Source: Histomonas meleagridis 2922-C6/04-290x
Lineage: Eukaryota; Protista; Parabasalia
DNA: 64,000 nucleotides
Assembly (NCBI GenBank): GCA_020184695.1
Contig: JAANOX010000126.1
Span: forward strand, 310,001-374,000
Direction: 5' to 3'
The position numbers and the translations under genes are program-made. Positions 33,317 through 44,836 of this stretch are shown piece after piece. Every line of letters begins with the position of its first letter. Positions within the stretch are counted from its first letter, which is position 1. The notes under the pieces are model-generated. The model did not search any database. It was not told where the DNA came from and saw only the letters and a program-made list of their open reading frames with translations.

Positions 33317-34483
33317 ATGGGAAGTGACATCAGTTCCCCTACAAATTTTTCCGATGTCTATGTTCCTATGGGCGGTATACGTCTCAACAGTGAAAAAGAT
33401 AAAGAAAACAACCTTTCATCTCAAGCACCACAAAGAACCCGACGAAGTCATATTGTCAAAACTTTTTTTTCAGGTGTATGGTCAGTTGAAACTATAGCAT
33501 CTGATTTAGCTCCTCCACCAAGAACTGGCCAATTCACATGCTTTTCTGAATACAGAAAATCAACAATAATTGGATTTGGAATTGATGACAATGGCAATTA
33601 TTACAATGATATATGGCTTTTCGATGTTATTAATCGCGCATGGTCTAATCTCAACCTCTCAGGAATTCCGATTTCACCTCGATCTGGGTCTCGAGGAGTA
33701 GCCGTTGAAAACATGCTCTTTGTTATTGGCGGTGTCAATGGCCTCAATTATTACAATGACATTTACTCAATAGACCTTAATACAGGATTCACCCAAATCA
33801 TTGAAACGAATGGCAATGTTCCAACACCACGAAGCTCCTTTGTTCTTTCTTCATACGGCACTCAACTATTTCTGTGGGGTGGTTACAATGGGACATGGCC
33901 CTCCGAGTTATATGTTTTAGATCTAAATTCATTAACATGGGAAATGTTACCTAAAGATGTAATGGGACGTAGTAATTCTGCGTTTGAGGTTGTTGATCAT
34001 CTTGTTTATATATATGGCTCATCTAAGACAGGTGGTTTACTTGTGATAAATATGATTGACAGATCAATAGAAACTCTTCCAACAACTGGACCAGAACCAT
34101 CTCCATCACTTCTAGATGCTACTCTAGTTCATTTTGACACATATTTGATGTTTATTGGCGGGAAATCTTCGACGACAACAACATTTTTATATGCGCTTGA
34201 TCTTAATAAGATGCGATGGTTTATGTTTCACATACTTCCCGATGGTGATACCTTATCTGCTGCTGACGGAACCATTAATGAGCTGGGAATGTTTATGATT
34301 CCAAGGACTTACTCATTGAGCGCAGTTTACGATGCATCAAAAAGAGAAATCATCGCCTTTTTGGGGCACCCCGCAATGGAACAGAGAAATTTAACGGTCT
34401 TGGGAGTTGGGGAGGCTTTGGCGGCACTTCACCTGAGAAGTGATATGTATGATGTGATTCAGCATCAGGAAAATATGAAATAA
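33317..34483 (+). CDS. Kelch-repeat (galactose-oxidase type beta-propeller) protein
   Basis: Repeated P.PR..S..., LFVIGG...YYND, LFLWGG and LMFIGG motifs; MGSDIS start (possible myristoylation). Confidence 0.85.
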   Translation: MGSDISSPTNFSDVYVPMGGIRLNSEKDKENNLSSQAPQRTRRSHIVKTFFSGVWSVETIASDLAPPPRTGQFTCFSEYRKSTIIGFGIDDNGNYYNDIWLFDVINRAWSNLNLSGIPISPRSGSRGVAVENMLFVIGGVNGLNYYNDIYSIDLNTGFTQIIETNGNVPTPRSSFVLSSYGTQLFLWGGYNGTWPSELYVLDLNSLTWEMLPKDVMGRSNSAFEVVDHLVYIYGSSKTGGLLVINMIDRSIETLPTTGPEPSPSLLDATLVHFDTYLMFIGGKSSTTTTFLYALDLNKMRWFMFHILPDGDTLSAADGTINELGMFMIPRTYSLSAVYDASKREIIAFLGHPAMEQRNLTVLGVGEALAALHLRSDMYDVIQHQENMK

Positions 34484-35761
34484 TGCGTTTTCAATCATTT
34501 GTGAATAAATTATTCTTTAAAATTCTTTTGATTTTAATACAAAATCAATTAATTCATCTATAAAAACTCAAAACGCATTAAAAACTCAGAGTTAAAAGAA
34601 TATAAATTATATTGGAGATTATCATTTGAATATTGTATTTCATTCCAAAATAATACAATTGGCAATAATGTAAATAAAATTGGAGATTATGCATTTTATA
34701 TATGAATCTTTGGCAAATATTACTTTTTGTGAATATTCATTTTTATTAAAGCACATCATCACAACTTATTACATTTGGAAGTGAAATAAGTTCGTATACA
34801 TTTAAGAATTACTTTTCATAAATTCCTTATTTTGATGGATAGCTTTTGATAATTGTTATTCATTAGAATAATATTTAGTGATTATTATCCACACGATTTG
34901 TTCTATTGCATTTTGTGATTATTTTTTATTAAATTGTATTTATTATTCAGGTAATATATAACCTAACTTATATCATTCTGCTTTTGAAGGTGCCAAAACA
35001 AAACATGTATTTGATGATAAGTCATCTTTTGGAAATTTAGATGTTTCCAATGTGATGATTAATTGAATGTGATGATTCAACCAAATTTAGATGATTAATT
35101 GAATGTGATGATTCAACTACATATTCTGTATACAGAACGGATTGGTAGAAGTGATAATTGAAGTCGTCATTTTTATCTGAATTTTTATTACAGTAATTGT
35201 AATTTTAAGGAGACCTATATTAGCGAAGCAAGATGAAAATATGAAATTAATTCAGCCATTAAATATAGAAGAAAATCAAACACAAAGTGGTGAAATAGAA
35301 CAAGTTGAACTCAAATAAATGCCAATATGGTTCGATATAAAATATACAACATTCTGTAGCCCTTACATTGATGATACTATTGGTTACTTTTAGAAGAATT
35401 AAATTATGTTAAAAATGTTTTCCATAAACGTATACATTTTTCCACCAAACGTTTCATCTTAATTATTAGTTATTGCGGCATTTCCTACATTCATCTTTTG
35501 CCCTATTCATCATTTCGTGTTAATTCTTCTTCTAATTTTAAAGGTTGAACAAATTCAGTATGTTCATCTTTCTTCTCTTTGACACTCACAAACCAGATTA
35601 TGCACTTATCACCTGGTAATTTTAGTTGACCCATCACATTTACTGAATCCTTTTCTAACATTTACTGAATTTACATAAAAAATTCATTTACTTAAACAAT
35701 AACTTTGCACATTATTTACAATTTACATTCTGTTTATTGTTTACTTACACATAATTTGTAT

Positions 35762-38700
35762 TTAGTCCAATAATTCTTTTTCTTCAGACGTGTCGACAGT
35801 ATCATCGTTGTAATTCTTAATGTACCTTACTCTGTTCGCTAAATTGTCCCTCGACGACTCTATTGTCCTGATGATTATCACCGGAATCATCGCCAAAATG
35901 GAAGTTGCAATAATCACAAACCAGTACATTCCGTTCCTCATCAGTGGAATAGTTATTCCCACCATATCATCTGACAACTTCATCAAATCGATAATTATTG
36001 CAGTCGCAGGATATATAAGGATACTCAGCCACACGAACAGGTGGTGCAGCCATGTCCAATATGAGCACATCAATGCAATTCTCAGGTTCACAACTGTTAC
36101 CACTGAACCGTAAATTGTAATACCAAATTCTTTGAGTCCGATTTGTTGACCATTGTACCCAACGAATGGGTACATTGAGAAGTAAGCCACGAAGAATGAA
36201 CATAATGCATGAAAAACTCCCAAAAGTATATTCAACCAAAATCGAAGATAACTTTGCATGTATTCCCTTTTCCCGTCGAAATAATAAAGCGAAGGTATCT
36301 TCATCATTGAGTCCAAAGGCACATCTCTTTCGAGCCCAGCATAGACAACTGGCGGAACCGATGTGTAAATGACGTTGAACACCGTGTAAAGCATTGAATC
36401 GAAAACGGTATTCCCTGAATTACTTGAGAAGAAACCGAACAAAATGTTATTCAATGAAAACGCCATATTCTTATAGAAACTATAGTTGATCAAATCAATG
36501 TTACGATAGAAGTTAATTCTGCCATGAACTAGAAGAAGCCGTTTAAGATATCGGAATTGGCTGATGCTATAATCTGAGGCTAAGACTGCTTGACGGCCTT
36601 CTTTACCACTTATACCAATCCCAACATCTGCTTGCATAATCATAGCAACATCATTAGCTCCATCTCCAATCGATAATGACAACTTTCCAGTCTTTTCCAT
36701 CATTATTTTAACGATTGAAGCTTTTTGACTTGGTGATACTCTACAGCAGATGACTGATTGACACTTTAATGATATTTGATAAAATTTATCTTTATGTTCA
36801 TCCGTTAATAATAGCTCTAACGCTGCACCAGATGCAATTAATGCTAATTGTTTATCATTTTCTTCATCAGTTAAGAATCGATCAATTATTGATATTAATT
36901 CATTAACATTTGTTGTGTCTAAGACTATTAATTTCATATCCCCAGACAATAACGAACATGCATATCCAATGTTAATGGCAGTTTCACGTTTATCGCCAGT
37001 GATAATCCATACATTAATATGAGCCTTAAGCAATGATTCTATGGTGTCTGGTACTCCTTCTTGAAGCTTATCTTCAATTGCTGTAGCTCCTAAGAGGAAA
37101 AGTTCAGATTCAATTTCATTACATACATTATTAACAACTTCATCTCGATTTACAATTGTACAATTCGCATCGTTATAACGCTTGATCCAATCACGAAAGA
37201 AGTCTTCGTCAATGATTCGATATGCACAACATAATGTACGTAAACCATTTGCTGAAAATTCTTTTAAGTGTAATTTGGTCTCATCAATATATTGACTGTC
37301 TTTAGAGAGTCGTGATAATATCAAATCATCAGCACCTTTACAATATAAGATGATTTGGTTAGTTATTGGATTTCGAATAATTACTGAACTACGTTTTCTT
37401 TCAGATGTAAACTCTAAATTAGCTAATATTGGTACTGTTACGTCTTCACCATTAATGCTTATAACGATTTCTTCTGGTCGACGGTTTTTGAACAAATATC
37501 CTAAATATGCAGCGGCTTCTACTAATGCACCTTCGTCAGGTGATGATGCTTGGAATGCTATTCCATATTCCTTAGTTTCATCTTTCTCTGGAATAACTGC
37601 ATGACAACACGACAAAAGCCATAAAAAGTGACTAACTTCATCAGGGACATTGCCACTTTTTAGCATACCAAAGAACTTTTCATCTTTGAATGCTTTACCC
37701 GATTTATTAGGGGGGTCCAATTTGATGCCTTGTCTTTTAGCAGCAGCATAAGCAACTTCAGTAGTACCAGTGCCATATTTAATACCACCTATACTACATT
37801 GCATAAATTCCATTACGTTCCTAGTTAAGGTACCAGTTTTATCAGAGAAAACATATTCAACTTGACCTAAATCATCCGAAATATTTGTTGTACGTGAATT
37901 AGCAAAAGTTTTTAATTCAGGATCATACATTTCGACATCACAATTAACAAACAATGCTTGAAACACACGCACAATCTCAAGAGTCACATACAATGAAATA
38001 GGTATAGTCGCATTAATGACGACAAATGATGAAACTAATAATATGAAAAATAAACTTGTCAAATTTCTTTTGTTGTTTTCATTCCGAAAGAAATACCAAT
38101 GTTCGCCAGAATTAATTTTGTTTTTCTCAAATAAAAAGCCAATGGTGGCACCGAGGAAGCTAAAAAAGATAATGAAGATGAACATAGAGATCAATTTCAT
38201 GTTAAGACCACGCTCAATTTTCGACCGTTTAGCGCGCGCTTTGTTCGAGTTCATCATAATCTTACTCTCCTTACCGGTGTAGACGACGACGCCAATGGCC
38301 CATTGAGTGTTCTTAAGAATGCATCCACGAAGTAGAATTTGTTTGTTGTCAAGTGGATGCTGTGATTCATTAATTATGATATTCCCGTTAAATGTATATA
38401 AAAGTTTGTTGGGCTCATCACATTCAATGGTGGACTCAAACGTGGACGATGACTCTTCTGAATTGATATGAAGAGTTTGTGGAATGGCTTGTCGTACTTT
38501 AAGATTTGTTTCTCCATCGAGATTACATGTATCAATATAAGCAGTCCCATCTTGTTCATCTGTGGATAAAAGAACAACATCTGCGGGTATTTGTTCGTCT
38601 CGATGAATTCTAATAATATCACCTACAAGAATTGAATCCCAACGAGCAGTTTCAAATTTACCATTAATTAGTCTTGTGGCTTCAGATGAATTAATACGTT

Positions 38701-39001
38701 GATCACTTCTATAACGAAGAATATCTTCAACCGCTTCACGAATAGCTGTGATACCAATAACAATTACAAGAGGAACAACAGCTGCAGCTGCACTAATTGG
38801 AGCCCATGGAAATTGAAGAAGACAAACAACAATTAAGAAATAGAAGTTTGCAATTCTTGAAAATTGAAAAAATAAATTTTTGGGTAGAAAAGTTAATACA
38901 TTATATTTGGTTGTGCATATTTTGTTGGTAGTAAATAAAGGTTTGCCTTTTGCATTAAAGCAATGTTGAACTTCTACAACACGCTTTCGCTCTTCAGACA
39001 T
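35762..39001 (-). CDS. P4-type ATPase (phospholipid flippase)
   Basis: LDGETNLK, PISLYVTLE, FSDKTGTLT, ASSPDEGALV, LEFTSERKRSS, TGDKRETA, CCRVSPSQKA, IGDGANDVAM. Confidence 0.97.
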   Translation of the reverse strand: MSEERKRVVEVQHCFNAKGKPLFTTNKICTTKYNVLTFLPKNLFFQFSRIANFYFLIVVCLLQFPWAPISAAAAVVPLVIVIGITAIREAVEDILRYRSDQRINSSEATRLINGKFETARWDSILVGDIIRIHRDEQIPADVVLLSTDEQDGTAYIDTCNLDGETNLKVRQAIPQTLHINSEESSSTFESTIECDEPNKLLYTFNGNIIINESQHPLDNKQILLRGCILKNTQWAIGVVVYTGKESKIMMNSNKARAKRSKIERGLNMKLISMFIFIIFFSFLGATIGFLFEKNKINSGEHWYFFRNENNKRNLTSLFFILLVSSFVVINATIPISLYVTLEIVRVFQALFVNCDVEMYDPELKTFANSRTTNISDDLGQVEYVFSDKTGTLTRNVMEFMQCSIGGIKYGTGTTEVAYAAAKRQGIKLDPPNKSGKAFKDEKFFGMLKSGNVPDEVSHFLWLLSCCHAVIPEKDETKEYGIAFQASSPDEGALVEAAAYLGYLFKNRRPEEIVISINGEDVTVPILANLEFTSERKRSSVIIRNPITNQIILYCKGADDLILSRLSKDSQYIDETKLHLKEFSANGLRTLCCAYRIIDEDFFRDWIKRYNDANCTIVNRDEVVNNVCNEIESELFLLGATAIEDKLQEGVPDTIESLLKAHINVWIITGDKRETAINIGYACSLLSGDMKLIVLDTTNVNELISIIDRFLTDEENDKQLALIASGAALELLLTDEHKDKFYQISLKCQSVICCRVSPSQKASIVKIMMEKTGKLSLSIGDGANDVAMIMQADVGIGISGKEGRQAVLASDYSISQFRYLKRLLLVHGRINFYRNIDLINYSFYKNMAFSLNNILFGFFSSNSGNTVFDSMLYTVFNVIYTSVPPVVYAGLERDVPLDSMMKIPSLYYFDGKREYMQSYLRFWLNILLGVFHALCSFFVAYFSMYPFVGYNGQQIGLKEFGITIYGSVVTVVNLRIALMCSYWTWLHHLFVWLSILIYPATAIIIDLMKLSDDMVGITIPLMRNGMYWFVIIATSILAMIPVIIIRTIESSRDNLANRVRYIKNYNDDTVDTSEEKELLD

Positions 39002-39179
39002 TATTTCTGCTGCTACGATTAAAATCCTATGAAAAAATTGTGCTCACAATTAAATTCGACCGTTAAAATAACCTCACAACTTGTTTTGAAAAAGTGATCG
39101 TAATTCAGCCAGAAATACATTATTAATACATATATATAAATTTGACTTTCGATTTCAGAAATTCGTATATAGCGCATTT

Positions 39180-40713
39180 GTAAACAGCCAAACTAAATGA
39201 TTCTTGGTTCGTTAAAAAATTAAAATATTGTAATTTTATCATAAAATCGTGATTTGTTATTTATTCCAAATAATTATATGAAATTTTCATTTTCTTGAAT
39301 TTATGAATTCAATGAATAATATGATGATTTTCGTAACATCTTGGTGATATACTTTTTTAATCTGTTTGATAATTTATGAACAATGAAATAGTTTCTGTGT
39401 AAGTACATATTATTGAAATATCTTGTCATGAACGATACATTTTTCTGATAAAAACGATTATTGATCATTGAATTTATTTGATGTATTTCTTTTTTTTTTT
39501 TTTTACCTTTGTTTAATAGCGAAATGTACAATTTTATCGAGTAAATATCTATACAAATTTAATTTGCGTATTATCTTCAAAATATTGACTTGAGATACAT
39601 TTATCATTTCTTTTATTCCATATGGAACCGTATGAACATGTAAAATGATTTCAAGAACTCTTAATCGTAGATATCGATCATCCTACATTATTGATATTAT
39701 GGATATATAATGTATAAATACATGGTTGCATCTATGATTAATAAAAAATTAAGAATAATATCTTGATATATTAAGAAATTAAAAATTCAGAAATTATTTG
39801 AAAAATGATGAAATATCATTTATTATATTTAATTATATAAAATCTTGATGTAAAATTCTTTTCAAACCTATCAAATATTAATAAACTCAAAAAAATTCAG
39901 ATATATTGATGGCATATTCATGTAATTTTCGTATATAAGTTATTTTCGATATGTGAATGCACATTCGGCCATATATTGGTACAAACGATACAAAACTTTC
40001 TAACGATAACTTTTCTAAATAGAATAACGATTTTTTTATATTTGAATTTTTTCAAGAGCACTTTTTTCCCTTCGCATAATAATTTGAAATCGGTTAAAAA
40101 ATTATCAGTCATCCTGTGTATTAATCTTTTCCCGAATCTTATATGACAAAATTATCCTTTTATTGTCTATTTTCTTTTCAACTGATTGAATGATTTTTGT
40201 TCGTTCTTCTATTCAAATTTGACTACAAATAGATCGTTAACTGATAAAGAGGTAATTCATGAATAGTAAATTTACTATGATTCTTTTTTGACCTATGATT
40301 TGTTTTTTGCCGATAGCAAAAAACCCATTCTTAAAATCTTATTTTATGCTATTCATTTCAAATTTTATGAAATTAATTTTTTTTTTTTGATTCATGTCTT
40401 TAATTCAGATACCAAATATATTATAATCTGCAATTTATATATGGCAACAGAAATTATTTGTAGTTAATAATATATAATGATCAATTTTACATATTCTCCT
40501 ATTATAATTCAATATCCCCTCATTGACGATTTCGTATTCGGAAACGATATAAGGTGATTGTGTGTTTTTTATTCGTCCTACTATTTAAATTTGACTATAA
40601 ACCTCTTGGTTCTTGAACTATATGAATTAATTGAAGATTAACTTTTTTTTTTTAACCTGGGATTTGATTTTTGCCAAATGCAAAAATCAAATCTAAAATA
40701 AGATATATTATTA
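39180..40713 (-). repeat. Dispersed ~1.5 kb non-coding repeat, copy B (inverted relative to copy A)
   Basis: For example 39901-39990 is the reverse complement of ~26170-26260. The 14-bp stem is at 40661-40693. Confidence 0.8.
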
Positions 40714-41213
40714 GCTTTGCTTATAATTTTTTTTAATTGACTATTTATTCAATTATACCAAGTTTTTTATAAATAGCTTTCATATATGTATTTTTTATTA
40801 TCTTTTTATTTCTCCTTGAATTGTTATAAACAACATCAAGTACTATTGTGCTTCGGGGATACTTGTTTAATCATAAAAATTGGTTTAAATAATGAAATTT
40901 GCTTTTTTGGCCATTTGTTGCAAAATTGAAAACAACAAACAAATGTTCAAGCAGATGCAAATGGATGATTTTGTTACATCAATGATAAGATATTTTGCCT
41001 ATTTCATTTACTTCATTAACAAATATTTAAATTTCGAGTTCAAATAATCTTGAATTTCAAATTCTTTGATGATTAGTCCATGAATGATATTTATCAAGAG
41101 GATTTACAAAAAAATTTGTTGGAATTAAAATTCCAGCTTAATTGCAAGCAAAAACAATGTTAAAGTATGCTTGCTATAGCATATCTTGAAATAAATTAAC
41201 TATTTAGAAAAAA

Positions 41214-41287
41214 AGCCACCGGCGGGACTCGAACCCGCAACCCCAAGATTAAGAGTCTTATGCTCTAGCCGATTGAGCTACGATGGC
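41214..41287 (-). tRNA. tRNA-Lys(CTT)
   Basis: GCCATCG acceptor pairs with CGGTGGC; anticodon loop CT-CTT-AA; GGTTCGAGTCC T-arm; poly-T terminator follows. Confidence 0.93.
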
Positions 41288-41882
41288 TTCATTTTCCATC
41301 ATTTGGATTGAATTAATCTAACTTATTTTCGAAAATTCATTGAAGCATCTTCCAATATTGAAACAGAAAATATACACTATGATTACACAGTTATTATTTA
41401 TTCTACTTATTATATATATTATTCGAACTTCTTTACATTTATTTATAACAATGAATTTCATACAAAAGATAACAAAACAATAATTATCATAATAATCTTT
41501 GAGTTATTGTTGCTGAATGAAAGAAGAAATTGCTGAAAATGAAATTTCAGAACAACAAAATGATAATAACCAAACTACAAACACATTCACAACGGGATAT
41601 CTATCTCAAATATTGAAGAAGATCCTTTTGCAGATAACTTCAAAGAAGAAAAATTTATTGAGCAAATGTAAGATAAATAAATATAGGGTGTTCTAAATGT
41701 GAATCATTTTTAATATGCATTGGTATTATGTGGTAATAATATCTTGTGGCATGATTTATTTATTAATAAATTTTATGGCAGCGAGTTTAAAAATGTTTTC
41801 ATTAATTATTGTTTATTGTGAAAAGAAAGCACAAATTTCTTTTTCTTTTCAAAATTATTAAATTTTTCCTTCTAATACAATA

Positions 41883-41913
41883 TATTAAACTCGACTTGCG
41901 ATTTCCACCCATC
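41883..41913 (-). repeat. 31-bp motif, copy 2
   Basis: Exact reverse complement of 27195-27225. Confidence 0.9.
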
Positions 41914-41995
41914 GATCATATATACAAGTTTAATTTTGCATTGCCAAAAATGACACACAAATTGGTATAAAAAAGAGTATAGTTACCATTATTGT

Positions 41996-42631
41996 TTAAT
42001 TAGCTTTCTTTGGAATTGGACCACGGCGGTATACACGGCGCATGTGATTACCACATTCAACAATCTTACCTGAAGCAAGGTATTCTTTGTATTCTTGAAG
42101 TGTATATGGTGTGAAGCCAACCTTTGATGAAACAATAACCTTTGATTTTCCTGGGAATTTGAATGATGCACGGCGGAAAGCTTCGATAGCATTCTTAAGG
42201 CCATCCTTTGGTGCACGGACGGACATGATGCATTGTGGGTGGTTAACGCGGGAAACCATACCATTTGGCTTACCGAAGGCATGACGCATACCAGTTTGAA
42301 GTCTATCTGCACCTGCAGTGGAAAGCATCTTGTTGATACGGAGAACATGGAATGGGTGAAGATTGATACGGATGTGATATGCTTTACCCATTGTCTTCAT
42401 CATGTAACGGTTTGAGCTAACACGAGCGGCTTCAAGAGCTTCAGCAGAAATGTTTTGTCTGTGTTCAAGATAGATAAGACGAACACAATATGGGAAAACG
42501 TGTGCTGTGGCTTGTTTTGTACCAGTTTCATAACGTTGGAGACGTGGATCTGGGACACCACGGCAGAAGCGTGACTTTGGATAAGGAGCACTCTTGAAGT
42601 AGCGATAGCAACGAGCTGGACGACGACCCAT
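41996..42631 (-). CDS. RPL10: 60S ribosomal protein L10 (uL16/QM)
   Basis: [51 protein letters not shown]. Confidence 0.99.
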   Translation of the reverse strand: MGRRPARCYRYFKSAPYPKSRFCRGVPDPRLQRYETGTKQATAHVFPYCVRLIYLEHRQNISAEALEAARVSSNRYMMKTMGKAYHIRINLHPFHVLRINKMLSTAGADRLQTGMRHAFGKPNGMVSRVNHPQCIMSVRAPKDGLKNAIEAFRRASFKFPGKSKVIVSSKVGFTPYTLQEYKEYLASGKIVECGNHMRRVYRRGPIPKKAN

Positions 42632-42637
42632 AAGTTA

Positions 42638-42707
42638 AAAGGCTCGACCAAACCGCCGCAACGATTAAACATCATTCAAAACCTCAAACGGTCTCAGACA
42701 AACGGTC
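42638..42707 (-). promoter_or_regulatory. RPL10 promoter: CCTTT (M5-like) plus two GACCGTTT (M3-like)
   Basis: Minus-strand CCTTT at 42638-42642, 6 nt before the ATG; GACCGTTT at 42686-42693 and 42700-42707. In Trichomonas the CCTTT M5 element replaces Inr in ribosomal-protein genes. Confidence 0.6.
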
Positions 42708-42799
42708 AGAAATTTAAAAAAAGTTTTTTTCGACAATTACTTTTACTTTTGTATCAATATAACTCGCAATATATTTTTAGACAAACAATTCATATATAA

Positions 42800-44305
42800 T
42801 TATATTTGCATGGTGACTCTTCTTTGAATTGGATAGATATCTGAAACATCCCAATCTTTCAAAAGTTTAAGCATAACTTTTGAAGACATTGCAGCAAAAT
42901 CTTTCATTTCAGCAGGATTTAATGTTGTGCAATGCATTACATTCAATCCAAAGATCATTCCAAATACGGATAATTCCTTACCAGAACCAGTGCAGAATCT
43001 TCTTATAAACCCAATGATATACGCAAGCGTATTCCGATAAATTTTTGGTAACTTTAACACATATTCAACATATTGGTCTTCGTTTAAATTACGAAGAGAA
43101 GATATCTCTAAGAGAGGTTGAGGAAAATCTGCCATTAGTTTCTTTAAAAGAGACGCCAAGTCGAGGATTTCTGTAGATTCAAATATATCATATTCTGCAT
43201 CAACTTTTTGGACAAGTTCATTCAGAACATTCTTGTCCGCTTGGACCTGGAAGGCTCCGTCAGCTTTGGTGATGCCTCTTTTTAACAAAGTTTCACAAAG
43301 CTTATGAATAAATATTGGAACAGGTGAATTAATAAGAGCCTGATTTTGTACAAAGAAAACCTCACTCAGCGAAGATCCGAATAGGAACGGACATCTTTTT
43401 GTATGATTTGGTATATTATTTATTACTGAATCAGATAAATCACGGAAATTACTTCCCTTATCGCAAAGGGACATGAAACGAATATACGAAAGTTGAGCAG
43501 CTTTAGCAAATTGCTTTTGGGCGGAAAATGAAGAAGATGCCAAAAAAGATTTGATCATTGGACGAATTGATTCTGATGGTAAAAACAGTGTACACATCAC
43601 AAGGATAAGTTCCCATCCACGGGAGATAATGTTTTGGAACTTACAGAAGTATGTTTGTCTGATCAGTTGAGTATATATTTCGTCAACTAAATCATTTGAT
43701 TTTGATGCAATGCGCACTAAAGGCATCACCGGATAATATTCCATGTTCTTCGTATAGTTTATAATGAATTCGAATGATTTAACAGCATCTTTTACGTGCT
43801 TTGAATCAATATTTAAAAATGGAATTAAATTAACATTTTCATTGTATGATAAATATTCTGCTGATTGTGTACTTTTCTTCTTTTTGCTTTGGAAATATCT
43901 GAAATTTTTATGAGCAAAATCTTCAAATGATATTAAATTTTGATCTTCCTTAATTGATGATGGTAAATAAGGTGGAAGAATTGTATGATCAATTTTTTGT
44001 GTGCATGTTTCAGTTGATGCAAGTGTCATCTTTTTATTAAAGGTACGTGTTCTAATCTTAGTGTTAGTAACTAGTTTTTTATCATTTAAAACAAGTGCGG
44101 ATTTTGCTCTAGTGATTTCTTTTTTGGTGTTAGTCGAGTCAATATTAATCTTTTCGAATGTATTTCCATCAACTACATTTGAATCATCAGGAACTTCCCA
44201 AAAAACTTTATTTGAAATTGGGTCATGAAAATATCTTTTACCATTGCTTTTAGGCAAGTATGCATAAAAAAGGATTTCATTTCCTGTCGCTCTCGATTCA
44301 AGCAT
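42800..44305 (-). CDS. WW-like + MyTH4 + RhoGAP-fold protein (ARHGAP39/Vilse-like architecture)
   Basis: KRYFHDPISNKVFWEVP (WW-like); LVDEIYTQLIRQT..RGWELI (MyTH4); FGSSLSEV..PVPIFI..LASLLKK..PQPLL (RhoGAP). Confidence 0.8.
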   Translation of the reverse strand: MLESRATGNEILFYAYLPKSNGKRYFHDPISNKVFWEVPDDSNVVDGNTFEKINIDSTNTKKEITRAKSALVLNDKKLVTNTKIRTRTFNKKMTLASTETCTQKIDHTILPPYLPSSIKEDQNLISFEDFAHKNFRYFQSKKKKSTQSAEYLSYNENVNLIPFLNIDSKHVKDAVKSFEFIINYTKNMEYYPVMPLVRIASKSNDLVDEIYTQLIRQTYFCKFQNIISRGWELILVMCTLFLPSESIRPMIKSFLASSSFSAQKQFAKAAQLSYIRFMSLCDKGSNFRDLSDSVINNIPNHTKRCPFLFGSSLSEVFFVQNQALINSPVPIFIHKLCETLLKRGITKADGAFQVQADKNVLNELVQKVDAEYDIFESTEILDLASLLKKLMADFPQPLLEISSLRNLNEDQYVEYVLKLPKIYRNTLAYIIGFIRRFCTGSGKELSVFGMIFGLNVMHCTTLNPAEMKDFAAMSSKVMLKLLKDWDVSDIYPIQRRVTMQI

Positions 44306-44836
44306 TTATTTTTTCTAGTTGTTCCATAGTTTTTAAGAAATATTTCTTTATCACCATTCAAAAAGTAAAACATAATCTGCTCCAACTTAATTTTCAATTA
44401 AGAAGGTTGAAACAATGGAATTTACACTTAACTAAGCGGTTATTTGACCATTTAAACTCAGAAAAAGTAGCAAACCAAAATCTTTTTCAATTGGAATCAC
44501 ACAATTCGTTTTCTCAATTTTTTGAAGGTTTTTTTGACAGTTTTCTCATCGGAACTTTAGCTTTGTCATTCGTAAGCAATATTTCAATGAAATCGTCATA
44601 TAATGATATCGCTTGATATTTGACTGATAAGTATTCATGAATATTTCCACTTAAAAGATATTGATCTTATTGCCTCCTATTTTTTTGAGTTGAAATTTAT
44701 CCACCTTCATAAAAAGTGAAAAATTTTATGTGCTATCTGAAATTTTAACATACCAGGTTCGAACCCCATACAAAACTTGTGATCAGCTTTTTTTTGTAAA
44801 ATATTGAGAGGTTTACATCTTCCCTCCGAGCCAACA

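Noticed and set aside
35054-35180. 28-nt tandem duplication with GTGATGA and downstream CTGA (possible C/D snoRNA)
   Set aside because: Box motifs are frequent by chance in this AT-rich DNA, there is no convincing terminal stem, and I could not identify an rRNA guide.
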